From: an uncultured delta proteobacterium
Lineage (GTDB): Bacteria > Desulfobacterota > Desulfuromonadia > Desulfuromonadales > CAWBQR01
Direction of reading: 5' to 3'
Assembly: GCA_963791005.1 (NCBI GenBank)
Contig: CAWBQR010000011.1
Coordinates: 41,182-105,181, forward strand
Length of the DNA: 64,000 bases
Shown here: positions 31,334 to 41,313 of the stretch, in pieces
Layout of the letters: every line of letters starts with the position of its first letter
How positions within the stretch are numbered: position 1 is the first letter of the stretch
Position numbers and translations under genes: made by a program
Notes under the pieces: model-generated
Database searches by the model: none
The model's input: only the letters and a program-made list of their open reading frames with translations
What the model was told of the DNA's origin: nothing

Positions 31334-31723
31334 ATGGCTGCGGAAGAGATTGGGAAATTATCCGAACTGCTGGCCGCCGAGTCCGAACTGGAACTCGCCG
31401 TGCTGATCGGCAGCCGGGCCGGAAGCGCGGCCCATCCCGACAGTGACTGGGATGTCGCCATTCAGTGGCGGGGGGTGCCTCCTCTCATGCGCTGCATGGC
31501 TCTTACCGAACAATTGAGGCACCGCCTGGCCGACCGACTCGGGTGCCCGGGGGAGGCCGTCGACCTGATCTACATTCCGGATGCCCGCCTGGCTATGCGC
31601 AGCGTGATCGCCGAGGAGGGGATCCCTCTCAAGGGAGAGGACACATTAGCCTGGAAGCATTTCCTGCAGAAGACGTGGCGGGATCTGGAAGAGGCCTACT
31701 GGGAGGAGATTTATGCGAATTGA
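31334..31723 (+). CDS. MNT-type nucleotidyltransferase antitoxin (pair 1)
   Basis: Contains LIGSRAGSAAHPDSDWDVAI (GSxxxGxxxxxSDxDxxx). Overlaps the downstream HepT gene. Confidence 0.8.
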   Translation: MAAEEIGKLSELLAAESELELAVLIGSRAGSAAHPDSDWDVAIQWRGVPPLMRCMALTEQLRHRLADRLGCPGEAVDLIYIPDARLAMRSVIAEEGIPLKGEDTLAWKHFLQKTWRDLEEAYWEEIYAN

Positions 31724-32123
31724 TCTCTATCAGCAGGAAACGGCGGCCATCGCCAGGATCCAGGGGGCGGTGCTCGATGAGGTCCGAGAGCGGCTCGCGG
31801 CCGGAGAGCATCTTTCGCGTCTTGAAGAAAACGGGGTGCTGCATGCGCTGCAGATCCTGATTGAAAATGCGATCGGCAAGGCCAAGCAATTGCTCAAGGC
31901 AGCCGGTGAGCCCGTGCCGGTATCCGCCTACGACAGCTTTGCCGCGCTGGCCTGCCGGCATTCGACAGTGCGGGACGACATTGAAGCCTGGAATGCTGTG
32001 ATCGGCATCCGCAACCGCATTGTTCATGACTACATGAACATCGACATGCGGAAGATTTATGCTCTGCTCCAAGAAGACGGATACCGCTTCGTGGTCGATT
32101 TCCTCCTTGATGCATCGCTCTGA
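31713..32123 (+). CDS. HepT/DUF86 HEPN toxin (pair 1)
   Basis: Rx4HxY motif IRNRIVHDY. 136 aa. Confidence 0.8.
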   Translation: MRIDLYQQETAAIARIQGAVLDEVRERLAAGEHLSRLEENGVLHALQILIENAIGKAKQLLKAAGEPVPVSAYDSFAALACRHSTVRDDIEAWNAVIGIRNRIVHDYMNIDMRKIYALLQEDGYRFVVDFLLDASL

Positions 32124-32200
32124 AAGACCCTTTTCTTTCTGTCGTTGGGTGGTCTGGGCGGGGATGGTTTATTGGGGGATTTACGGAATAGGGTGAAATC
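32123..32200 (+). repeat. Direct repeat, right copy (relic 3' end of the UbiA-family gene, including a homologous stop)
   Basis: Translates to RPFSFCRWVVWAGMVYWGIYGIG*, versus DPFLFVVGVVWVGMVWWGIYGGG* in the left copy. Confidence 0.85.
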
Positions 32201-32229
32201 TGGAAATCTATGAAAATCTGGTTCTACCA

Positions 32230-34036
32230 ATGGGCAAAAAAGCAGTTCTAAAAAATATATCCCCCCTTTTCCTTCAGATTTACCGCCTGACTCCCGTCTA
32301 CATGCGGAAGCGTTTTCGCATTTTACTCGCGGCGATGCTGGCGTTGGCGTTTATCGAGACGGCCGTCGTGGGGCTGGTCGCCTTTTATGCCGCTGCTGTT
32401 TCCGACCCCCGCTCCAGTATCCAGCTGCCTGCGCTGCAGCATTTCCGTAAAATCTCCTTTCTACATCCCTATCTGGCTTCACCCACGGCGATGATCGCCA
32501 CTTTGAGCGTTCTGCTCATCCTGGCCTTTCCCCTGAAAAACGGTTTTCGAGGATGGGTGATCTACCGGATCGCCCGCTACAGCGCCGCCATGGAGGCCGT
32601 TTTCGGACAGCGTATTCTCTCGAAGATCCTCGCCAGGGATTACGGCTGGCATGTCCGGCAGAACAGCGCCGACCTGATCCAGACCGTCAACTGGCGCCAT
32701 CATCTGGGGCGTAATTTTGTCCAGCCCTATATGAACGTGGTCAGCGAAACCACCATGCTGCTGGTTCTGCTGGGGAGCCTTCTGTGGATTCGTCCGGTGG
32801 TATCGCTCCTGTTTATCGTTGTCCAGGGAGGCGCCGGGATTCTTGTTTACAAGGGATTGCGGCGCGGGCTGGATAGGAGCGCTACCGGCTGCCGCGAAAA
32901 CGAAATGGCGATGAATCGGCACATCACCCGCTCCATTCAGGGGGTGAAGGATGTGAAGATTACCGATTCGGAGGACTATTTCCTGGATGGCTTTGCCGGT
33001 CACGCGCAAAGATTCGCCGGTCTTTTCGGCAGTCAGCAGTTCTGGCGGGAGTCTCCCCTGCTGGCCCTGGAAACCCTCGGTTTCGTCGCCATTGCCGGGG
33101 CGATATCTGTTCATGCTGTTCGGCCTCGGTTATTCCCCTCTGCAGACAACCGGCACTACGGCCTTGCTGGCGGTGACCGCCTGGCGGACTTTGCCGGCCT
33201 TCAATCGGGTGGTTTCCTCTCTGGCCGGCATCCGGACGTCGCGGCCTTATGTGCTTTCTCTCCTCGAGGTTTTGGAAAGAATGCCTGCATCCGCAGTCGG
33301 CCGACCCGAGGGCGGTTCAACGTCCCCTCTCTTTCGAAAAAGAGATCCGGATCGAAAATGTCAGTTTCGCCTACAACCCTGAGCTGCCGGTGCTGAGGGA
33401 TTTTTCGCTTTCCCTTCCCAAAGGGCAGTCGCTCGGGATCATGGGGCCGTCCGGATGCGGGAAAAGTACCCTGGTCGATCTGCTGACGGGGCTCCTTCCG
33501 CCGCAGCAGGGGCGCATTTTGATGGACGGAATTCCTCTGAGCGAGGAGACGTCTGCCGGACTGGCGGCGGCGGATCGGTTATGTTCCGCAGTTCCCGTAT
33601 ATTGTCGACGGAACCCTGGCGGAGAATGTCGCTTTTGGTGTAAGCTCGGAAAGAATTGATGAACAAAGGGTGCTGGAAGCCTGTGAAATGGCGGCGGTCG
33701 ATTTTCTGCCCCAGCTTCCCTGCGGGAATTCATACCCCTATCGGTGAGCGGGGCGTGCGGCTCTCCGGTGGGCAGCAGCAGCGGGTCGCTATCGCCAGGG
33801 CGCTGTATCGGCGGCCGGAGGTGCTGATATTCGACGAGGCGACGAGTGCTCTGGATGAGAAGAAGGATTTTGAGATCAAAGAGCTGATTGGTCGGTTGAG
33901 TGGCGAGAAGACACTGGTAATCGTTTCCCACCGGAAATCGACGGTGGAGAATTGCGATGTGTTTTTTTCGTTTGACGAGATGAAAGGTCTTGCGGAGGAG
34001 CCGCCGCCACGAAAAATAGTACGTCGCCTTGGTTAA
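32230..34036 (+). CDS. MsbA-like ABC exporter, fused TMD-NBD (about 3 frameshifts)
   Basis: TMD in 32230-33100. NBD pieces carry [24 protein letters not shown] and [11 protein letters not shown] in ORFs 33249-33659 and 33656-34036. Confidence 0.8.
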
Positions 34037-34092
34037 GTCAATGGCAACGTATAAAGACGAAACAGAGCCGCTTTCCTTCAGAGCTGCCGGTT

Positions 34093-34521
34093 ATGAGTGA
34101 TTTGAAAAAAGATCAACAAAGGCAAGAAGAGATACAACGTGTCACCAAGCACATAACCCACATCCTGGGTGATCAACCCGGCATTGCCGCTGTCTACCTG
34201 CTGGGTTCCGCAGCGACGGGGATGCTGCGTGACGACAGTGACATTGACATCGCCCTGCTTCCAGTTGATGAACAGGCCATCTCATTGCAATCACGTCTGG
34301 AAATTGCCGCCTTGCTTGAAACCAGGCTGAACAGGACGATTGATATAGGCGTGATAACGTCAAAAAATCTGATTTACGCCGGCGAAGCAATCTTGAACGG
34401 TCGGCGCATTGTGACAGTGCAAAAAGACTATACCGAAGCGATGGAAACGCGTTTGCTGGGGTGTTATTTAACCTTCAGGCAAGATCGTAAGGAAGTCGAG
34501 GAGAGCTATCGTGCCGCCTGA
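34093..34521 (+). CDS. MNT-type nucleotidyltransferase antitoxin (pair 2)
   Basis: Contains LLGSAATGMLRDDSDIDIALL. Confidence 0.8.
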   Translation: MSDLKKDQQRQEEIQRVTKHITHILGDQPGIAAVYLLGSAATGMLRDDSDIDIALLPVDEQAISLQSRLEIAALLETRLNRTIDIGVITSKNLIYAGEAILNGRRIVTVQKDYTEAMETRLLGCYLTFRQDRKEVEESYRAA

Positions 34522-34924
34522 CAATGTCAGCCTGAATAAAGCAGCGATTATCGAACGATGCATCCGCCGCATGCGCGAAGAGTACGAGGCCGATAACAGC
34601 CTCTCCAATGCGACCCATCTGGATGCACTGATTTTGAATATCGAGCGTGCCTGCCAGGCCGCGATCGACCTGGCCATGCATGTTGTCTCCGTGGAGCATC
34701 TGGGCATGCCGCAGAGCAGCGCCGAATCCTTCAAGCTCCTCCAGCAGGCAGGAAAACTCGACAACGCCCTGGCTTCGCGCCTCGCAGGGATGACCGGTTT
34801 CCGGAATATCGCCATCCATCAATATCAGGATATCGAACCGGACATCATCCACTACATTGTCCGAGAAGGTTGGCGGGATATGGTCGCACTTTGCGCGGCG
34901 CTAAAACTGCAAATCAAACCGTAG
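34511..34924 (+). CDS. HepT/DUF86 HEPN toxin (pair 2)
   Basis: Rx4HxY motif FRNIAIHQY. Overlaps the MNT gene by 11 nt. Confidence 0.8.
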   Translation: MPPDNVSLNKAAIIERCIRRMREEYEADNSLSNATHLDALILNIERACQAAIDLAMHVVSVEHLGMPQSSAESFKLLQQAGKLDNALASRLAGMTGFRNIAIHQYQDIEPDIIHYIVREGWRDMVALCAALKLQIKP

Positions 34925-35104
34925 GGTTTATGCACTTAGACCCTTTTGTTGGCTGTGAGTTGGTTTTGCAAGCGGTCGACAGGGACTTTGCGAATCATGG
35001 GGGGTGAGTTGCCCTTTCAGCGGTTGACAATGGTTTTGTCAACAATGGGTGACCCCTGTCGCTTTGAAGGGAAAACCTGCAAAGACTTGGCTATATGGAT
35101 TCAA

Positions 35105-36049
35105 ATGTTTGACTATCAGACAACAATAAAACACCACTTGGATTGTCCTATTTGCGGATCATGCAAAAATAAGCCTATTTTTGTCGGTGACCGTTATCAA
35201 ATGGGCATCACAACCGTCATCTGCAAAAAATGCGGTCTGATTTACACCAACCCAAGGCCCGACGACACCGCATTCAAGGAATTCTACGAGAAATTTTATC
35301 GAGAGTTCTATGAATCAGTAGAACATCCCAGCAAGGAATATATCCGAGAGGGTCGATTCACCCAGAGGGCGAACATTGTTTACAATCACCTGAAAAATTT
35401 TATTAAAGGAAAAATTCCTTTTTCCGATCCTGTCGAAGTCCTCGATGTAGGGTGCAGCGAAGGGTCGGTTTTACGTTTTATTCTCCAAAATTCCCGCCGG
35501 AAAGTCGCGGCTACGGGAATTGAGCCCTCGATAAATTTCTCCAGGTTTGCCAAAGGCTATAGCGGGGCGCAAATATATACCGGCTCTTTGGAGGGCTTCT
35601 TTCAGGAAAATCCTCGTTCAACATTCGACATTATCATCCTCAATCACGTTCTGGAGCATTTCCTGGATCCCGGGAAATCCTTGAATTGCCTTCACAAGCT
35701 GTTGCAAGATAACGGCATCCTCTTCATCGAAGTGCCAAACATCCTTGGTAACTGGTCTGGAATAGGCATGTTTCACATCGCCCATGTTTTCCAGTTCCAT
35801 GAAGCGTCCTTGAAGAACTTCCTGGCCCGGGCGGGCTTCTCTCCTGTTGCCATATCGACAGAAGGCAACGAAATCCATCCATGGGCCATGTCCTTCATAT
35901 GCCAGAAAGACCCAGATGCGATGGTTGCCCTTCCCTCTCGATCAGAGATCAAGAGGATAGAAAAGACCGTTCAAGGAAAACTCCGAAAGGGATCAAGGCA
36001 CCCGTCAGCCAGACAGTGTTTCCAACAGTTCTTCAAAAGAGACGGGTAG
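35105..36049 (+). CDS. Class I SAM-dependent methyltransferase with N-terminal Zn ribbon
   Basis: Contains CPICGS...CKKCGL and the SAM motif VLDVGCSEGS. Confidence 0.75.
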   Translation: MFDYQTTIKHHLDCPICGSCKNKPIFVGDRYQMGITTVICKKCGLIYTNPRPDDTAFKEFYEKFYREFYESVEHPSKEYIREGRFTQRANIVYNHLKNFIKGKIPFSDPVEVLDVGCSEGSVLRFILQNSRRKVAATGIEPSINFSRFAKGYSGAQIYTGSLEGFFQENPRSTFDIIILNHVLEHFLDPGKSLNCLHKLLQDNGILFIEVPNILGNWSGIGMFHIAHVFQFHEASLKNFLARAGFSPVAISTEGNEIHPWAMSFICQKDPDAMVALPSRSEIKRIEKTVQGKLRKGSRHPSARQCFQQFFKRDG

Positions 36050-36062
36050 ACAGGGTGCGCAA

Positions 36063-37571
36063 TTGAAGCCAAAAGTTCTACCAACCAAAGAACTAGATCT
36101 GCTGGCTTGGAACGCCATCTGCAAGTGGCCCGAAAGGTCCGAGGGTGAGTTCACCTTTGCCGGACTCGACTTTACCTTGCTCTCCCGCTGGTTCCTCTGG
36201 GATAAAGTCGGCCGCGCCATCCGCAAAGATACCTCGCCCGAGGTCTGGACTTTTGAGCGCCACCTACTGGAAGATGCGGAAAGGAAGGCAGCTTCGCCTT
36301 TCCCTTCCCCGGCGAAACAACCCGGAGTTCTTGGTCATTTGGGCGGTCTCTTCTCCAGAATGCGATTGCCCCTGAGAGCGAGACCTGCAGCTGGTGTTTT
36401 CCAGCGGAGGAGCGGAAAACTCCTATACGCCCCTGTGGTATCACCGCGACTGAAGGCTGCGGCTGCGGCCCTAGCTAGGGAAGGGGCCTGTCAGGTCGTC
36501 TCCCGACATTTGGTGGCCGAGTGCCCGGGCGTCATTTGCTTTCAGCCGAATATACCCGTACAGCCAGACCTAAGTTTTTCAGACTACCTGGTGAAAGGAA
36601 TACGCGTCGGGCTTGGTGGTTTCGGCATCGTGCTGGAAGAAAGGGACGAGAACCTTCTCAGGCGCCAAACCGAAGACCTGACGGCATTGGTCCAGAGGGC
36701 GCGAGGGGAATTTGAGAGACTGTTACCTGAAGTCCTGCTCGTCCATGCCGACAACCATCCCCCATTTCAGCCTTACGTCATGATCGCCCAGGAGATGAAA
36801 ATCCCCTCTGTCATGTTGCAGCACGGGCTCGATTGCGAGAGATTTTACTTGGATGAAGCCTATGCTTCCCACGTTGCTGTGTGGGGGCCGGAGCGGGATC
36901 GCCGCTACCGGGAAAATTCCACCCAGAAACCAGAAATCCGCATCACAGGGAACCCGGAATACGATCGGATCGAACTGCCTGCCTCCTTTACATCTAGCGG
37001 AAATTATTGGCTCTGGGCCACCCGCCCCCACACCTCCGAGAAATGTTACGCCCCATCCCGCGATCCTCGGGAAGGACTTCAGATCCTGGCAGCACTGATC
37101 AAGGCACTACGCAACACTCCCGGTGCCCGGTTGGTCATCAAACCCCATCCTTATGACTACCGGGAGCTTTACCGACAGGAAATCGCACGGGCAGGCCTGC
37201 AAGATCGCATAACGGTATCTGATCAGAACATCCTGGAAATGATTCTCGCCGCCGCATTGGTCGTATCGGAAGACTCTACAGCCGCTATAGAGGCGATGTT
37301 CCACGGCAAGCTTCTGATTCATGCTCATTTCTGCCAATCGAAACCGACAATGCCTTTCGTCGACTACGGCGCCGCCCTGCCGGGCTTCTCGTCCGAGGAA
37401 CTCATCCAATCCCTCGCCCGTGCGGAGGATCCGACACCGGGGGAGAAAGCGTGGCTTCTGAAGGGGCAGAGGAGATTTCTCGAAGACTTCGCGGGCCCCT
37501 GCGACGGCAGAGCCGGAGAACGTGTTGTCAGCTTCATCGACGGATTGCTCAAGGACGGTAGCCAACGATGA
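36063..37571 (+). CDS. Hypothetical protein, possibly TagB/TagF-like polyol-phosphate transferase
   Basis: 502 aa. MLQHGLD and VSEDSTAAIEAMFHGK resemble the TagF-family His motifs. Sits in a CDP-ribitol context. Weak, pattern-only call. Confidence 0.35.
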   Translation: MKPKVLPTKELDLLAWNAICKWPERSEGEFTFAGLDFTLLSRWFLWDKVGRAIRKDTSPEVWTFERHLLEDAERKAASPFPSPAKQPGVLGHLGGLFSRMRLPLRARPAAGVFQRRSGKLLYAPVVSPRLKAAAAALAREGACQVVSRHLVAECPGVICFQPNIPVQPDLSFSDYLVKGIRVGLGGFGIVLEERDENLLRRQTEDLTALVQRARGEFERLLPEVLLVHADNHPPFQPYVMIAQEMKIPSVMLQHGLDCERFYLDEAYASHVAVWGPERDRRYRENSTQKPEIRITGNPEYDRIELPASFTSSGNYWLWATRPHTSEKCYAPSRDPREGLQILAALIKALRNTPGARLVIKPHPYDYRELYRQEIARAGLQDRITVSDQNILEMILAAALVVSEDSTAAIEAMFHGKLLIHAHFCQSKPTMPFVDYGAALPGFSSEELIQSLARAEDPTPGEKAWLLKGQRRFLEDFAGPCDGRAGERVVSFIDGLLKDGSQR

Positions 37572-38715
37572 AGGTGCTGCAAATTTTCCCTTCACCCATC
37601 CGGGGTGGTGCTGAAGAACAAGCCCTTACTGTCGGCAAGGGCATCGCCAAGAGGGGGCATGAGGTCCATGCGGCCTTCCCGGTAACCGAGGGCACAGCCA
37701 CCTTGGTGCACGATTACAAGGCCGGGGGCATGTCCTGCCATCACTTGGATATCCCTGCCGGCGAAAAGGGCCTAAAAAACACCCTCCGTCACTGCGCAAC
37801 CACTCTTGCTCTGCTCGAGAGGTTGCACCCCGAGGCGGTGCATCTAGGCCTGCCTTACCCCAACCAGGGGCTAGGCAGCATGTTGGCATGCGCGTTATTT
37901 AAAATACCAACAGTTTGCGTGTTTCATCTTGTGAACGATGAAATTTGTATGGGTGCTGTAAGGCGGAAACTCTATGCCTGGATGCGAAAAAAACACCAGA
38001 AATGGGTCGCAGTTTCCCGAAAATAATCGCAATATCTTGGGCCGCCTTTTCGATATGCCTACAGGAGAGATATGCGTCGTTTACAATGGCCCCTGTATGA
38101 AGTCCCTGCCCACCGCGAAACCCGGGGCTGAGGAGACCGAAGGCCCTACGCAGGGAGTTCGGTGCATCAGATAGTACTAAAGTCATCCTGACTGTTGGAC
38201 GGTTGCACCGTCAGAAGGGCTATCATTTGATAACATCAATCCTTCCCCGAATTGTGAAAAAACATCCAGAAATACTCTTTGTCTGGGTAGGTGAGGGAGA
38301 AGAGCGTAGCAAATTGAAGAGTGCGCTCAAGGTGTGCGGAATGGAATCTCGAGTCAGGATGCTCGGTTATCGTCAAGATATTCCTGCTTTGATGAATGTC
38401 GCAGATCTATTCCTTTTCCCGACTCTCTATGAAGGGTTCTCCATGACTCTTTTAGAGGCAATGGAATCGGGTCTGCCGATAATTACCTCGGACGCCAGCG
38501 GAATTCCAGAGGTCATAGAAGATCGGGTCCATGGGGTCCTTTTTGCTCAAGGGAGTTCAGACGCTTTAGAAAATGCGCTCGAGTGGGCATTCTCTCACGA
38601 AAAGGAAATGGCTGGATTCGCCTGTGCCGCTCAGGAAAGGGTTAATGATTTCTCTGTAGAGAATATGATAGAAACCACACTTGACCTGTTGTTGCAGCAA
38701 GCCGGGCAATCTTGA
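37568..38715 (+). CDS. GT4-family glycosyltransferase (about 2 frameshifts between 38020 and 38200)
   Basis: N-terminus is MKVLQIFPSPIRGGAEE. C-terminus is GRLHRQKGYHL...FPTLYEGFSMTLLEAMESGLPIITSD. Confidence 0.8.
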
Positions 38716-38729
38716 TCCGCAGGCATCCC

Positions 38730-39977
38730 ATGGCCAGAATCCTTGTAATATCTCCCACGCCTTCTCATCCCCAAAATGCCGGTAACAGAGCAAGGGTTTT
38801 CACACTCCTTTGCGAATTGCAACGCGCCGGGCATGAAATTCATTTTCTCTACCTGAAAAAAGGAGAAGAACATAATGATGAATTAGGGATGATGCGGCAG
38901 TGGGACGGATTCAATAGCATCCCTTGCCGGCTTCCGCGCACTCGGTTCGCCAAGAAGGCCCATGATTTACTGTGGAGAGCTTTCGGCAGGAATCAAGTGC
39001 TTCCCTACAGGATTGATGACTGGTTTGACTTTGGCACACTTGACTCTGTCCTGGAGACAGCCAAAGGGTTGAAACCGGACATTGTCATGGTCGAATATGT
39101 TTTTCTTTCGAGAATATTTGAGTTTTTTGATGATTCTGTCTTGAAAATTCTTGACACTCATGATGTGTTCGGTGGAAGAGAAAAGATATTTACTAAAAAT
39201 GGGCTTGAACCAAAATTTTTTTATACTTCAGAAGTTGAGGAAAAAAAAGGTCTTGAGCGAGCAGATATAATTCTTGCGATCCAATCTCAGGAAGCAAAAT
39301 ATTTCACTAAGCTGGTCGATAGGAAAGTCCTGACAATTGGCCACATTATGAGACCAGTCAAGGATAAAGCATGTGAATTCTCTAACTCGCCGAAATTGCT
39401 TTTCGTCGCCTCCTCTAACCACGTCAACCGTAATGGTATTAATTGGTTTCTGAGGGAAGTGTTTGAAGATCTGAGGAGAAAAATACCTGACATTGAAATG
39501 GATGTTGTCGGTGGTATTGGCGACTTTATAAGTCCGTCCCCTGGTTTAAACCTTCATGGAATTGTCAACGATCTCGCTCCTTTTTACAGGAATGCTTCGG
39601 TTGTGATTAATCCTACCACATTTGGTACGGGACTCAAAATCAAAACGATTGAAGCTTTGGCTATGAATAAACCCTTGGTGACAACGCCTGTCGGTGCCGC
39701 TGGCATTCAGGAATGGTCGGGGCGGGCATTTCTTTGTGCTTCAACACCTGAGCAATTCGGCTCTTCTATTCTGAAAATTATAGACTCTAGGGATCTGAGG
39801 GTGAAACTTGCTAAGGGTTCTCATATGTTCCTTTCTGAATATAACCTGAAAGCGCTTTTGCCGCTGCAAAAAGAGATTTCTTCTTTTCTGGCGGGAAATG
39901 AGATTGATGACTACTTCAAGGCAGAAACTGATGAATTTTTTGATGCTAAAAAATCAAAAGAATTTTTGAGATCTTAA
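38730..39977 (+). CDS. Glycosyltransferase (GT-B fold, GT4-like)
   Basis: Contains MARILVISPTPSHPQNAGNRAR and C-terminal GTGLKIKTIEALAMNKPLVTT. AT-rich gene. Confidence 0.7.
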   Translation: MARILVISPTPSHPQNAGNRARVFTLLCELQRAGHEIHFLYLKKGEEHNDELGMMRQWDGFNSIPCRLPRTRFAKKAHDLLWRAFGRNQVLPYRIDDWFDFGTLDSVLETAKGLKPDIVMVEYVFLSRIFEFFDDSVLKILDTHDVFGGREKIFTKNGLEPKFFYTSEVEEKKGLERADIILAIQSQEAKYFTKLVDRKVLTIGHIMRPVKDKACEFSNSPKLLFVASSNHVNRNGINWFLREVFEDLRRKIPDIEMDVVGGIGDFISPSPGLNLHGIVNDLAPFYRNASVVINPTTFGTGLKIKTIEALAMNKPLVTTPVGAAGIQEWSGRAFLCASTPEQFGSSILKIIDSRDLRVKLAKGSHMFLSEYNLKALLPLQKEISSFLAGNEIDDYFKAETDEFFDAKKSKEFLRS

Positions 39978-40103
39978 TGGGTGCTCAACTGTAGATCATT
40001 GGGGCGTCTCTGTTTTCTTTAATTTAGTATTTAAATCGATTATAGACAAAAGGATGGCAAGGACAACGAGGATTGATCCAACCTTAATTTTAGCAGGTGA
40101 TCA

Positions 40104-41312
40104 TTGAGTTTTGATAAGAGAATCTTCATAGCTACTGATGTAGCGTTTTGGCGTAGAGAGCTTGGATCCGAGGAACGAATCTACCGCCTGGTAAGAGCTA
40201 TAACGGATTCTGGGGCAAGCGTATGCTTGTTTTTTGTGGGAGCCCTCTCTGAGAAAGATAGAGACGAGATAGGTGACCTACCTCTCTTGCACTGGAGGGT
40301 GGTTGATGATGGACGATCATTAACTATAAGTGATTTGGCCTCTCTGCGGGGGCTAAGGTTTTTCTCCAAATGGGTGAGAAAAATTGTCTATCGGGAACTC
40401 TTAGGGGGGGTGCGTCTTCCCTTTTTTCGCTCAGCCAGAGTAGGAAAAGCTTTCAAAGACTTTGTTGATTTTAGTAAACCTCAGGTTTTAGTGGTTGAAT
40501 TTGTTCGGATGACATATCTCCTCGATTGGTGCCCAATTGGGCTATCGATGAAAAAATTTTTGGATACCCATGACCTTATGAGTCAGCGTTATCTCTCCTT
40601 CAAGAGAGCAGGGCTTCGGCATTGGATCAAAATTACAGAGGATGAGGAAGCAGAAGCTTTCTCTCGTTTTGACAGCATCATTGCGATTCAGCCAGAGGAA
40701 AAGGCTAGAATATTAAAAATGATCCCTGGAGGCAATGTCTTTTGCTCGGGATTGGATTCCCCTGTTACGGTTCGAGAGCCTTCTATTCCTTCAGAATTTA
40801 CACTAGGCTTTTTAGGTGGAAACAATCAAGTAAATAGGGAGTCTCTACGATGGTTTCTTGACCGAGTCTGGCCAAAACTTCAAAATATTTTTCCTGAAAT
40901 TAGCTTTTTTGTCGGTGGAGGAGTCTCTGTAGAAGTCAAAGCAACGGATAAATGTGTAAAGCCTCTTGGTTATCTTTCAGATTTAAAGTTATTTTTTTCT
41001 CAAATCAACCTGCTTGTCAATCCTGTTCAGGCCGGCGGGGGCATAAAGGTCAAGAACATTGATGCATTAGCAGGTGGCGTCCCCGTTTTGACCACACCAT
41101 GTGGTGCTGAAGGTTTTCCTGTCCATAAAGGGATAGGTGTTTTGCTCGTGAGTCGGTGCGAAGAAGAATTTTTTGAGGCTATCCTTAATCTTTTTCGAAG
41201 TCCTAGTCAATTATTTGAATTGCAGCAACAAGCAAGTCAGTTTGCCCAGGAATATCTCACTCGGGAAGCAGCCTACGGGGAACTGTTTCGTGCTTGGGGA
41301 TTATGGACCTGA
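40104..41312 (+). CDS. Glycosyltransferase (GT-B fold)
   Basis: TTG start. C-terminal GGGIKVKNIDALAGGVPVLTT. AT-rich gene. Confidence 0.6.
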   Translation: MSFDKRIFIATDVAFWRRELGSEERIYRLVRAITDSGASVCLFFVGALSEKDRDEIGDLPLLHWRVVDDGRSLTISDLASLRGLRFFSKWVRKIVYRELLGGVRLPFFRSARVGKAFKDFVDFSKPQVLVVEFVRMTYLLDWCPIGLSMKKFLDTHDLMSQRYLSFKRAGLRHWIKITEDEEAEAFSRFDSIIAIQPEEKARILKMIPGGNVFCSGLDSPVTVREPSIPSEFTLGFLGGNNQVNRESLRWFLDRVWPKLQNIFPEISFFVGGGVSVEVKATDKCVKPLGYLSDLKLFFSQINLLVNPVQAGGGIKVKNIDALAGGVPVLTTPCGAEGFPVHKGIGVLLVSRCEEEFFEAILNLFRSPSQLFELQQQASQFAQEYLTREAAYGELFRAWGLWT

Positions 41313-41313
41313 A

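Noticed and set aside
31244-34924. Integron gene cassettes/attC sites flanking the MNT/HepT pairs.
   Set aside because: No intI gene is present. The flanks do not show the RYYYAAC...GTTRRRY core sites. The flanking repeat of pair 1 is a duplicated gene end, not an attC-type imperfect palindrome.
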